A stretch of DNA of 64,000 nucleotides from Steroidobacteraceae bacterium. Lineage in GTDB: Bacteria > Pseudomonadota > Gammaproteobacteria > Steroidobacterales > Steroidobacteraceae. Below, piece by piece: positions 50,308 to 59,220 of this stretch (the stretch's first letter is position 1; every line of letters starts with the position of its first letter). The notes beneath the pieces are model-generated. The model saw only the letters and a list, made by a program, of their open reading frames with translations, searched no databases and was not told where the DNA came from. Where the stretch lies: positions 4,166 through 68,165 of the forward strand of contig DASTRL010000250.1 in the NCBI GenBank assembly GCA_035761265.1. The letters run 5' to 3'. Position numbers and translations under genes: made by a program.

Positions 50308-53300
50308 TTCTCGATGGTGTAGACGAGGTCGGCGCTGCGTTCCTTGCCGGCCTCGGTACGGATGGTCCAGCGGTCATCGAGCGTGTAGCGCATCTTGACC
50401 GTGTTGATGGACTCGGTGAGCGAGATGCCATAGCTCAGGTACAGCCGCGGCGAAAGATATTTTCCGAGCACCAGCGAGGTGCCGATGTCGCGATCGCTCA
50501 GGCTGTCGAAATCCGATTCCACGCTGATGTCGGGAATGCCGATCTTGTTGCCGAGCTGGGCTGCGATCAGCGCCGCGGCCTGGCTGGCCACCTCCTGTGA
50601 TGCGCCGCCATTGCCGCCGGCGCGGCTCTGGTTCTGCGCCGATTCGAGCGAGCCGCCGGCGAGGATCAGCGAGACGATCTGCGACTGCGGGATGGAGGGC
50701 TCCGAGAAGAAGGTCAGCCTGGGTTCGCGCAGCGTGCCGCGCACGTTGACGCCGGCCTTCACGTCGGGAAATTCCTTGACCGCGCGAATGTCGACCGCCG
50801 GGTCCACCAGCAGCCGGTCGCTGAAGATGAGTCGGCCGCGCTCGATCTCGAGCTTGCGCGCCATCGCCGTGTACTGGCCGTCCTTGACCTGCAGTTCGCC
50901 GGTGGCGCGCGTCGGCTGGTCCGGCAGCGTGCGCTCGGTGATGCTGCCGGTCACGTGGCCGGAGAGACCGTAGGTCTCGATGGTCACGTTGTCGCCGAGC
51001 GTCATGGTGATCTCGCTGGTGACACGGAACTGCTCCTTCTCGACCTCTTCGGTCGGGCCGACCAGTACCTCGTCCGCCGATGGCAGCACGGCGTTGGTCA
51101 GGTCCGCGGGGCGGATGCGCGCGAGCGGCACCTTGACCTCGCCTTTCACGAAGATGTCGTCGGCGGCGATGCGGAAATCCAGGTCCGGGGAGGCATCGAT
51201 GCGCGCCTCGGGAACGTCGACGACGCGCAGGTTCTCGCCGTCCAGCCGGATGTCGCCGTACGGTTTGCCGTCGCGCCACTCGATCCTGCCCGAGCTCGAG
51301 AGCGTGCCCGCACCGGCTTTGGCGGTGGAGCTGAAGTCCAGGTCGTTCGCTTCGATACGCGCTTCCACCTCGAGCGCGCGCAGCGCCAGGTTGAACTGGT
51401 ACAGGTCGAGCTCTGCATTCGACAGCTTGACCACACCGCTGGCGCGCGGCCGCCCGAGCGTACCGTCGAGGCTGATGTTCGCGTCGAAATGCCCGCTGGC
51501 GCGATCGATGTCGGGTGCGTACAGCGTGAGGAAACCGAGCTCGCGCGTCGCCATTTGCAGCTGGCCGCGCATCGGCCACTCCTTCATCTCGTTGCTGCCG
51601 CGTTCGGCGCGCATGCGTCCGGCGATGAGGCCGCGCGCCGCGGCATCCAGGCGTAACTCGCCGCTCAGGTGGTCTGGCTGCGCGTCGAGCGTCAGATAGC
51701 CGGAACCGAAGCTGATGACGTCCGTGCGCCCGCTCGCCAGCTTGTGGCGGATGGCGGCGTCCACCAGGTCCGCACGCGCCTCGCCGACGAAAGGCGCACC
51801 GCCGGTGCCGCCGAGTCGCGCGGTGGCATTGAGCGTGCCCTGGTACTCGACCTTCGGGGTGAGGCCGGCCGTGAGCGTGCTGATCGGCAGGTTGCGCGCA
51901 TCGGCGCGCGCGTTCCACGCGTCGGGGGTCCACGACGCTTCCCCGCACAGTCGCGCGACCTTGCCCTGCAGGCACAACGGCGCGACCTTCAGCGCTTGGG
52001 CGCTGGCGCTGATCGCCGCCGGCGCATCGAGTTTCAGGTCGAGGTTCGCCGTGTCGTCGACCGTCAGCTCGCTGACGGTCGCGTTCCAGACCTTGTCGAG
52101 GAACGATCCTTTGCCGCTCAGATGCAGGCTGTTCTGCGCGGCGAGCGCGTCGACGTTGAACGTATGGCTGGTGGTGGTGCCATCGAGCATCACGTTGAAA
52201 TGCGTGAGCTCGCGCTGCGCGGAGGTCAGGCCCGAAATCGAGATGTCGGCATGCGAGGTGCGCTGGCCGCGCCAGTCCACGTCGACGTTGGCCGCGAGCC
52301 TGTCGATCTTCAGATCGCCCTTCTCGATGCCGGCGCCCTGGGCGATGAGCTTGATCACCGGCGCGCCGGAGGAGCCGGAAATCCGTCCGCGCGAATGCAA
52401 CGTGCCGCGCGCGCCTTCGGCGAGCAGCGCGAGATTGTCGGCATCGATGCCGAACTGCAGGTCGAGCGCGCGATTCGGCCCGAGATCGCCGTCGATGGCG
52501 ACACTGGTGGTGCCCGCCCGGACCCGCACCGCATCGAAGTGCCAGTCCTCGCCCTGCTTCTCCACCCGGCCGCCGCCGCCCACCGAGCTGCCGCGCAACT
52601 TGCCCGCGAGATTGCTGAACGCGAAATCGAGGTTGTCGCTGCCGAACGGCGCGCCGCTCGCCTTCATGTCGAAATCGAGCGCACCGTGCAGGCCGGGGCG
52701 CACCGAGTCCGGGTTGAATCCCTGCACCGCTCCCGCGAGATCCCAGCTTTGCGCAGGCGTCCAGCGCGCATTGCCCGCGAGCACCGCCTCGCCGCCGAAA
52801 GCGCCGAGCTTCAGCTCCTCGATCTGCAGATGATCCTTGTGCAGCGCGCCGCGCATCGCAACGGTCATGGGATCGAGTCGTGGCACGTAGAGCTCGCCAT
52901 CGCCGCTGAGCGCATACGGCCACACGCCCTGCAGGCGATACTGCCCGCCGGGACTGCTGAAGATCTGCGGTGTCTGCGCGGTGAAGCGCGCGGCCAGTGG
53001 CCAGCGCAGGTCACGCCACGTACCGGAAAGCCCGAGCTTTGGCCCGTGCTCGACGGCCTGGATGGTGCCGGCGCCCTCGGCGTGACTGCCGGTGGCGCGA
53101 TGGGTGATCTCATAGTGCGTGGCGTTGACGACCTGGTCTGCGTAGTTGCCCGCGAACACCACGTCGAACAGGCCCGCGCCGAGCCCGGGCACATTCAGCG
53201 GACCGCGCCCGTGGAAGGCATTCATCTCGCCGCCGATGTCGAGTTTTCCGCTGATGGTCCCCAGCGCGTTGCCGGCGCCGAATGCCTGCAGGTCGAAATT

Positions 53301-54071
53301 GTGCACGTCGGCCGTACCCGTCCAGTGGAAGTTGCTGGAGAGCTCCAGCAGCTCGCCACGCAGATCGGCACGGAACGGAACCTGCAGCTTGCCGCTCAGC
53401 GGTAGTTTGTCGAGGTCGCCGTCGAAGGTCACGTCCGCGCGCCATTCGGGCTGGCCCTCGATGAGCATGCGCGTCGTGGTCTCGCCTCGCAGCTTCATCG
53501 GGTCTGCGGCGCGCAGCTCGCCGATCGCGCGCGAATGCAGGAAGCCGTAGACGATGTTGCCCTCGAAGATGCGGATCACGCGGTGGCCGACGATACCCGC
53601 GCCGCTGACATCGCTGAATTCGACGCGCCGGCCATTCGGCGCAATGATCACCAGCCGCGGCGTGGCGGCGCGTTCGGCGCTGATGCTCAGGAAGCCCGGC
53701 ATGAACTTCGGCGGCGTCTTCGGACGGTCCTTGGGCCGTGGCTTGACCTGCACCAGCACCTGGTCGGCCTCGGCGCGTCGCACCGAGATGCGACCCACGA
53801 GGATCGGCCAGAAGTTCACCCGCGCCCGGCCATTCTCCACGCGCACGTAGGTGATCTCCTGGTCGACTTCGACCAGGCGCGCATCGAAACCGCCGGCGAT
53901 CGTGCCGTGCACGCCTTCGATCTTCAGCGTGACCCTGCCCATGCGCTCGGGCAGCCGCGCCACCGCGAAGCGCAGCCCGGCCTCGGTATAGATGACCCAG
54001 GCGAGGAAACCGACGAGCAGGACGACCAACAACCCGAACGACAGGGCCGCGATCTTGAGCCGGCGCTTCAT
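50304..54071 (-). CDS. tamB: translocation and assembly module subunit TamB
   Basis: 1255 aa from ATG 54071 (MKRRLKIAALSFGLLVVLLVGF anchor), with a long beta-rich region and a DUF490-type C-terminus (LGKYLSPRLYLSYG). Confidence 0.93.
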   Translation of the reverse strand: MKRRLKIAALSFGLLVVLLVGFLAWVIYTEAGLRFAVARLPERMGRVTLKIEGVHGTIAGGFDARLVEVDQEITYVRVENGRARVNFWPILVGRISVRRAEADQVLVQVKPRPKDRPKTPPKFMPGFLSISAERAATPRLVIIAPNGRRVEFSDVSGAGIVGHRVIRIFEGNIVYGFLHSRAIGELRAADPMKLRGETTTRMLIEGQPEWRADVTFDGDLDKLPLSGKLQVPFRADLRGELLELSSNFHWTGTADVHNFDLQAFGAGNALGTISGKLDIGGEMNAFHGRGPLNVPGLGAGLFDVVFAGNYADQVVNATHYEITHRATGSHAEGAGTIQAVEHGPKLGLSGTWRDLRWPLAARFTAQTPQIFSSPGGQYRLQGVWPYALSGDGELYVPRLDPMTVAMRGALHKDHLQIEELKLGAFGGEAVLAGNARWTPAQSWDLAGAVQGFNPDSVRPGLHGALDFDMKASGAPFGSDNLDFAFSNLAGKLRGSSVGGGGRVEKQGEDWHFDAVRVRAGTTSVAIDGDLGPNRALDLQFGIDADNLALLAEGARGTLHSRGRISGSSGAPVIKLIAQGAGIEKGDLKIDRLAANVDVDWRGQRTSHADISISGLTSAQRELTHFNVMLDGTTTSHTFNVDALAAQNSLHLSGKGSFLDKVWNATVSELTVDDTANLDLKLDAPAAISASAQALKVAPLCLQGKVARLCGEASWTPDAWNARADARNLPISTLTAGLTPKVEYQGTLNATARLGGTGGAPFVGEARADLVDAAIRHKLASGRTDVISFGSGYLTLDAQPDHLSGELRLDAAARGLIAGRMRAERGSNEMKEWPMRGQLQMATRELGFLTLYAPDIDRASGHFDANISLDGTLGRPRASGVVKLSNAELDLYQFNLALRALEVEARIEANDLDFSSTAKAGAGTLSSSGRIEWRDGKPYGDIRLDGENLRVVDVPEARIDASPDLDFRIAADDIFVKGEVKVPLARIRPADLTNAVLPSADEVLVGPTEEVEKEQFRVTSEITMTLGDNVTIETYGLSGHVTGSITERTLPDQPTRATGELQVKDGQYTAMARKLEIERGRLIFSDRLLVDPAVDIRAVKEFPDVKAGVNVRGTLREPRLTFFSEPSIPQSQIVSLILAGGSLESAQNQSRAGGNGGASQEVASQAAALIAAQLGNKIGIPDISVESDFDSLSDRDIGTSLVLGKYLSPRLYLSYGISLTESINTVKMRYTLDDRWTIRTEAGKERSADLVYTIEK

Positions 54072-55933
54072 CACAGCTTCGGCGAGAAATTGAGATGCAG
54101 GCGCGGACCGGGACGCGCCGTGCTGCCGGGTGGAATGGTCAGCGCCTGCGCCACGTCGATGCCGACGGAGACCACGGGCAGCCGCAGGCGGATGCCGACG
54201 CCCACCGAATACATGAGCGGGTCGCCGAAGTTGTCGAAGGCATTGCCCACGTCGCCGAACACGGCAACCGAAAGACTCTTCCATGGCAGGTCGCGGATCA
54301 GCTCCACGGAGGCCGCGAGCAGATGCTTGCCACCCACCTTTTCCAGCACCGGCTCGCCGTTCTCATCGAACTTCGGCGAGCCGTCCGCGTTGGTGGCCTG
54401 CGCGACGGGTGAGAGGTCGTTGACACCGAAGCCGCGCACGCTGCGGTCGCCGCCCGCGAAGAAGCGCTGCGAGGGGGCCAGCCCGCTGGTGCGCGACAGC
54501 GCGGTCGCGCCCACTTCGCCGCGCATGTAGACGTGCCACTTGGGTGCGCGCTCGAAATCGAATACGCGCTCGGCCTGGACGTGTGCCTGCAGGAAGTTCG
54601 AGTCCGAGCCCAGCGCGCTGTGCGAGCCGCGCAGCTCCAGGAACAGCGTGCGGCTGAACAATGCCTCGCCGAGGTAGTTGGGGGGGACCAGTGCGAGACT
54701 GATGCCCGGGATCAGCAGTGTCTGTTCATCGATGCGGTCCGATTCCACGAACCTGGAGCGCGTGTCGAGCAGCTCGACATAGGTCACGCGCTGCCAGTCG
54801 TTCCTGCCGAACCAGGAGTGGCGCACGTGCGTGAACCCGGGCGTGAAGTTGATCGACTGGTCGTCGATGTCCGCGAGACGTTCGTGCTCGCCCGCGAGCT
54901 GCATCGTGAATTTCTCGGTGGCCGGGTCGCCGATCGGCACGATGTAGGCTGCGTCGAGCGACTGCGCCAGCGCCGCGGCCCGCATTTCCGTGCGGAACCG
55001 GTGCCCGGCCCGATTCACACGCCGGTCTTCCCAGGAAATCGTGCCGCGCGCCTGCGTGTCGGTGCCATAACCGACGCCGTACTGGATGCGGTGGCGGCGG
55101 TTGGGTTCGGCCGTGATGCTGATGGGAACGGTGTGGTTGTCGCGATCGCGGTCCTCGGGAAGCACCTCGACGGTGGCGAAATACAGGCTGTCGTCCAGCG
55201 CGAACTGCGTGCGCAGCAGTTCGGTGGCGTTGAACTTCTCACCCTCCTGATAGCGCAGGAAGCGGCGCGCCAGCGATTCGTCGATGGTTTCCTGGTCGAT
55301 CGTGGTGGCGCCGAAGGTGTACTGCTCGCCGGTCTCGAATTCGATGCTCACGTCCGCGGTGCGCGCCTGCGGGTCGACGCGCATCTCGTTCTTCGACATG
55401 CGCGCATCGAGATAGCCGTAGGTGGCGGCGGCACGCAGCAGTCCGCCCTTCAGCGACTCGTAGTTCGAGTGGCTCAACCGGTCGCCGACCTGGATGGGCA
55501 GGTCGTTGGTGATGTTCGTGAACACCCGGTCGGATGCGCCCGGCCCCGTGACTTTCACGTCGACCGATTCGACGATCACCGGCTTGCCGGGAACCACGGT
55601 GACGATCACGCGGTAGTTCTGAGCGGTGCCGCTTTCGCGTTTCACCTCGGTGGTGACGGTGGGTTCGTAGTAGCCGAAGGGGCGCAACGCGGCGCGCACT
55701 TCGCGCTCGCTGCGTTCCTGCAGGCGCTCGACGAACTCCGGCGACAGGTCGTCCGATTCCTTGTAGCGCTCGAACGATAGATAGGCGAGCACGTTGGTGC
55801 GGATGTCTTCCTCGACGCCACGCACCTCGACCTCCAGTCCCCCGAATGCCGGCCCGGCGAGCATCGCGAGGAGCAGCGTGAGCAACGTGGTGGCGGGCGG
55901 GCGCGTGCGATGGTTGTTATGCAATGTCGACAT
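54071..55933 (-). CDS. tamA: translocation and assembly module outer-membrane subunit TamA (Omp85 family)
   Basis: About 620 aa from ATG 55933 with a signal peptide, POTRA repeats and an Omp85 beta-barrel ending ...LHLNFSPKL. The stop overlaps the tamB start. Confidence 0.92.
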   Translation of the reverse strand: MSTLHNNHRTRPPATTLLTLLLAMLAGPAFGGLEVEVRGVEEDIRTNVLAYLSFERYKESDDLSPEFVERLQERSEREVRAALRPFGYYEPTVTTEVKRESGTAQNYRVIVTVVPGKPVIVESVDVKVTGPGASDRVFTNITNDLPIQVGDRLSHSNYESLKGGLLRAAATYGYLDARMSKNEMRVDPQARTADVSIEFETGEQYTFGATTIDQETIDESLARRFLRYQEGEKFNATELLRTQFALDDSLYFATVEVLPEDRDRDNHTVPISITAEPNRRHRIQYGVGYGTDTQARGTISWEDRRVNRAGHRFRTEMRAAALAQSLDAAYIVPIGDPATEKFTMQLAGEHERLADIDDQSINFTPGFTHVRHSWFGRNDWQRVTYVELLDTRSRFVESDRIDEQTLLIPGISLALVPPNYLGEALFSRTLFLELRGSHSALGSDSNFLQAHVQAERVFDFERAPKWHVYMRGEVGATALSRTSGLAPSQRFFAGGDRSVRGFGVNDLSPVAQATNADGSPKFDENGEPVLEKVGGKHLLAASVELIRDLPWKSLSVAVFGDVGNAFDNFGDPLMYSVGVGIRLRLPVVSVGIDVAQALTIPPGSTARPGPRLHLNFSPKL

Positions 55934-56018
55934 GACACCGCTGACGGGGCGTAAGGTGTGGAATTCTAATGAGAGTCGGCCACTTGCGCGCGGGTTCCGC
56001 GTCACCGTGTCGACCGGA

Positions 56019-56804
56019 TCAGGCCCCGGCGTTCAGCGAATATTCAGATTCGCCGGCCGCCGAACCGTCGGCGGCGAAGCGCCGCTCGGCGATCCGCAGC
56101 GAGTCGTCCGAGGAGATCGTGAGTACGGTGGAACAACGGGTGCCATAGCCGGGATCGGTCACGAAGGGCGCGGAGAGCTTGCGGGCCCATTCGGGGGACA
56201 AATCGCCCGGCGCCAGTGCATCCGGCGCCGCCGGCTCGCGATCGCCGAGCATGGCGAACAACTCGGTCGCCAGCGCGTCGGCATCGGCGGACAGCGGCAT
56301 CTCGAGCAGGCTGCTGAAGCGCGCGCGCACCCGGACCAGCTTCGGCCACGGGGTATCGAGGAACTCGTTCGACAGGCCGTAGATGCCGGGCGGCAGTTCG
56401 CGGGCAAACTGGTCGGCGCGATTCGACGCGTACCAGAGCGATTCGCGGTCCGCCAGCAGCAGGTTGAAGCCCGCATACCCCGGCGCATCGGTTTCCAGCT
56501 GGCGCAGGTGCTCGCCCGGCGGGAGGCCGTCCGCGAGGTAGCCGGGAATCAGCGCGCCGCGCGAGGGCGCGCCGCGGCGGCGGCGGCCGAATTCACGGAA
56601 ATTCGTCACCATGCCGACGCGGCCGCGCGGGTCCACCGCAAGCCACGTGCCCGAAGCCTGCAGGTCGCGCCCGCCGATGATTCCGGGCGGATCCTGCCAG
56701 CGCGCCAGCGGCGCCGCCGGGCGCGCGTGGAACTCGTCGCGGTTCGCGGCGACCACCAGTCGATGGCGCGCGTGGCATCGCCACGCGATGACTAACAAGC
56801 ACAT
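56019..56804 (-). CDS. NRDE family protein (DUF833/TANGO2-like)
   Basis: MCLLVIAW...VVAANRDEF carries the family-defining N-terminal Cys and NRDE motif. Confidence 0.88.
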   Translation of the reverse strand: MCLLVIAWRCHARHRLVVAANRDEFHARPAAPLARWQDPPGIIGGRDLQASGTWLAVDPRGRVGMVTNFREFGRRRRGAPSRGALIPGYLADGLPPGEHLRQLETDAPGYAGFNLLLADRESLWYASNRADQFARELPPGIYGLSNEFLDTPWPKLVRVRARFSSLLEMPLSADADALATELFAMLGDREPAAPDALAPGDLSPEWARKLSAPFVTDPGYGTRCSTVLTISSDDSLRIAERRFAADGSAAGESEYSLNAGA

Positions 56805-56810
56805 CGTGCG

Positions 56811-57743
56811 TCAACCGCGTCGTGGCGGTTCGTCCGCCCGGTTGAACCAGCCCTCGATCAGGCGGGCGGAAATGGCGCCGGCCGGTGGCAGCGCCGGGCG
56901 CCCGGCCTCGATGTCGGCGCGCGTGAACCAACGGGCATCCTCCAGCTCCCCGTCGCGCAACGTGATGCCCTCGGTGCGTGCCACCGCGCGGAAGCCCAGC
57001 ATCAGCGAGGAGGGGAATGGCCAGGGCTGCGAGGACTGGTATTGCACGTCGCCCACCTGCACGCCGGTTTCCTCGGCCACCTCGCGCACCACCGCATCCT
57101 CGAGGCTCTCGCCCGGCTCGACGAAACCCGCGATGGTCGAGTATCGCCCCTGTGGCCACGCCGCCTGCCGGCCTAACAAGGCCCGCTCGCCGCTGGCGTC
57201 GGTCACGAGCACGATGATGGCGGGGTCGAGCCGCGGGAATGTCTCGGCATTGCAGCCCGGGCGCGTGCAACGCATGACATGCCCGGCGCGCTGGCTGGCG
57301 TTGGGGGCGCCGCAAGCGCCGCAGAACCGATGGCGCGCGCGCCACAGAACCAGCGCGCGCGCATAGGCCAGCAGCGATGCGGAATCCGCCGGCAGCATCG
57401 GCGCGAGCGGCCGCAGCTCGCGCAGCTCCGTGGACTCGGGCAGCGCGAAATCCCCGCGCGACACGACTTCGGGAGACGCTTCGATCAGCACGGTGCGCTC
57501 GCCGCGGAACCATCCCAACAGGGTGAAGGACGCGTCGTCGGCGCCGGCAACCAGCGGGTCGCTGTTGCGCAGCAGCGCGATCTCGACCTCGGCGCCCACG
57601 CACACCAGTTGTCGTGCGCCCTCGGCGAACACGTAGCGCGTGGCCGGATCGGCACGCGCCGCGGCGATCCAGCCCGGGTCGTCGCGCAGCTCCGCGCGCC
57701 GGTCGAGGAACGGGCTGGAGAAAAGCGTCGGGCGGATGTTCAC
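56811..57743 (-). CDS. nudC: NAD(+) diphosphatase / NADH pyrophosphatase NudC
   Basis: Zinc ribbon CGACG...CTRPGC and Nudix box GFVEPGESLEDAVVREVAEETG, followed by the SQPWPFPSS NudC signature. Confidence 0.92.
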   Translation of the reverse strand: MNIRPTLFSSPFLDRRAELRDDPGWIAAARADPATRYVFAEGARQLVCVGAEVEIALLRNSDPLVAGADDASFTLLGWFRGERTVLIEASPEVVSRGDFALPESTELRELRPLAPMLPADSASLLAYARALVLWRARHRFCGACGAPNASQRAGHVMRCTRPGCNAETFPRLDPAIIVLVTDASGERALLGRQAAWPQGRYSTIAGFVEPGESLEDAVVREVAEETGVQVGDVQYQSSQPWPFPSSLMLGFRAVARTEGITLRDGELEDARWFTRADIEAGRPALPPAGAISARLIEGWFNRADEPPRRG

Positions 57744-57770
57744 CCGCCCGAATTTACCATCCGGGCAAAG

Positions 57771-58349
57771 CTAAGCGGGCGTCTCCCCGCCGGCGGATCT
57801 GCGCGAACCCGAGCATTCGTTGCAGACCGGCGTGCGCAGCGCGAGCCGGTCCGTGACCAGCACGCCCGCGCAATCGCGGCAGTGCGCGACCCGCAGCTCG
57901 TCACCCGCATGCAGGGCGGCCAGCAGGAACACGGCATGCTCGAAGGAGATCTGCGGCTCGCCGACCAGCGCGCGGTAGGTCTCGAATGCCTCGCACAGCA
58001 GGGTGCCCCGCGCCACGGTGGGCGCAGGCTGTGAACCGCGTTCGACGGTGATGGATTCACGCGTGATCAGGCCGAACAGGCTGCTGATGCTGGCGAACAC
58101 CGCCGCCTCGCGCCGCATGCGCAGGCTGCGCGTGAAGAAGGCCGCCTGGCGCGGCGACTTGCCGCGGTGGCGTGCGACGCCGGTGCCGCCGGCCTCGTAG
58201 AGATAGGTGCGATACAGCTTGCGTATGCGGTCGTCGGTGAGCCCGGTCCAGGCGCGGATGGTGTGCGTGCGCGCCTCGTGCTGGATGAATCTCAACGCGA
58301 GGTCGAGGCGCAGCCTGTCGCGGCTGTAGCGGTCGTCTGAAATGCGCAT
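57771..58349 (-). CDS. FlhC-like zinc-ribbon transcriptional regulator (orphan, no flhD)
   Basis: 192 aa from ATG 58349. An N-terminal helical region has ...LTDDRIRKLYRTY, comparable with FlhC ...LSRGRLIKLYKEL. The C-terminal CRDC-x15-CNEC Zn site has FlhC-like spacing. Confidence 0.65.
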   Translation of the reverse strand: MRISDDRYSRDRLRLDLALRFIQHEARTHTIRAWTGLTDDRIRKLYRTYLYEAGGTGVARHRGKSPRQAAFFTRSLRMRREAAVFASISSLFGLITRESITVERGSQPAPTVARGTLLCEAFETYRALVGEPQISFEHAVFLLAALHAGDELRVAHCRDCAGVLVTDRLALRTPVCNECSGSRRSAGGETPA

Positions 58350-58386
58350 GTTCGTCCTGCCCTGGAGTGGATTTCTGCGATCCTTC

Positions 58387-58410
58387 AATTTGGGAAAAAT
58401 TTCCCAAATT
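58387..58410. promoter_or_regulatory. perfect AT-rich palindrome in divergent promoter region (candidate operator)
   Basis: AATTTGGGAAA-AA-TTTCCCAAATT has 11-bp arms. It lies between the FlhC-like gene (start 58349) and the divergent ORF (start 58471). Confidence 0.55.
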
Positions 58411-58470
58411 TGCGTATGACTTTCAAGGGGACGCGGCGCAAGATATCTCGCGGGAAATGGGAGGAATGGC

Positions 58471-59130
58471 ATGGCGATCCGTGTGGCGTCCCCGGCGCGT
58501 GAAGAAGGGCGGCATTGGCTGCCGTCCCAGGGCGTGGATCCGGCACCCCTGACCGAACTCAATGCCGAGTGCCTCGGGTTGCTGTCCGAGCGGGCCGCCG
58601 CGGCCGGAGGCGCCGCGCTGCCGCCGCTGCTGGCCGCCCTGCGCACGGAGTGGATCCAACTACCTGTGCAGGCCGCGCGGCGCCTGGCGGCCGCGCCGTT
58701 CAGCCTGTTCGACGCCGGCTTCGGATTCGCACCACGCTGGCTCGGGCTGCGCGGCGGCGGCGTGCACGATGCCTCGCACCGCGCCGGTACGCCTTACTTC
58801 GATTCCAGCGACGCGCGTTCGCTCTCGCGTCGCATGCTGGTGTACGGCTGGCACCTGGCGCGCAGCCGACCACGCGCCGCTTGCCTGGTGTTCGGTGCCA
58901 CGATTTCCGCGGTGGAGTCGCTGGCCGCCTGCTCGCTTGCCGCGCTCGAGGCGGCCGCCGAGCGCAACGCGGAGACGTTGCGGCCGCGCTGGTCGAATCA
59001 GATCGGCTTCTGGCGCGAGCTCCTGTCGACGGCGTCAGCCGCCGCCGACAACCGCTTGCACGAGCTGATGCTCGGGGGAATCCAGCGTCTTGCCGCCGAC
59101 ACGCTGGCGGCGCATGCTCCTTCGCCTTAG
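58471..59130 (+). CDS. hypothetical Ala/Leu-rich helical protein divergent from FlhC-like gene
   Basis: ATG lies 6 nt after GGGAGG. 219 aa with no recognisable motif and no signal peptide. Confidence 0.6.
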   Translation: MAIRVASPAREEGRHWLPSQGVDPAPLTELNAECLGLLSERAAAAGGAALPPLLAALRTEWIQLPVQAARRLAAAPFSLFDAGFGFAPRWLGLRGGGVHDASHRAGTPYFDSSDARSLSRRMLVYGWHLARSRPRAACLVFGATISAVESLAACSLAALEAAAERNAETLRPRWSNQIGFWRELLSTASAAADNRLHELMLGGIQRLAADTLAAHAPSP

Positions 59131-59220
59131 CGCGGGTGGCTTCTCAGGGATGAAGGGCGCGCGCGAGAAAAAAGCGGTGCGGGCAGGAGCCCGCCAACTC
59201 AACATAACTCGGGGAGCATC

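Noticed and set aside
50374-52923. 849-aa minus-strand ORF in an alternative frame of tamB, plus plus-strand ORFs 51669-53405 and 51715-52833
   Set aside because: The Arg/Ala/Gly-rich translations overlap the TamB frame, which has the N-terminal anchor and the DUF490-type C-terminus.
57771-58349. Calling the FlhC-like protein the flagellar master regulator FlhC
   Set aside because: No flhD lies upstream and there are no flagellar or chemotaxis genes anywhere in the window. Similarity is limited to overall architecture and the zinc site, so only a family-level call is justified.
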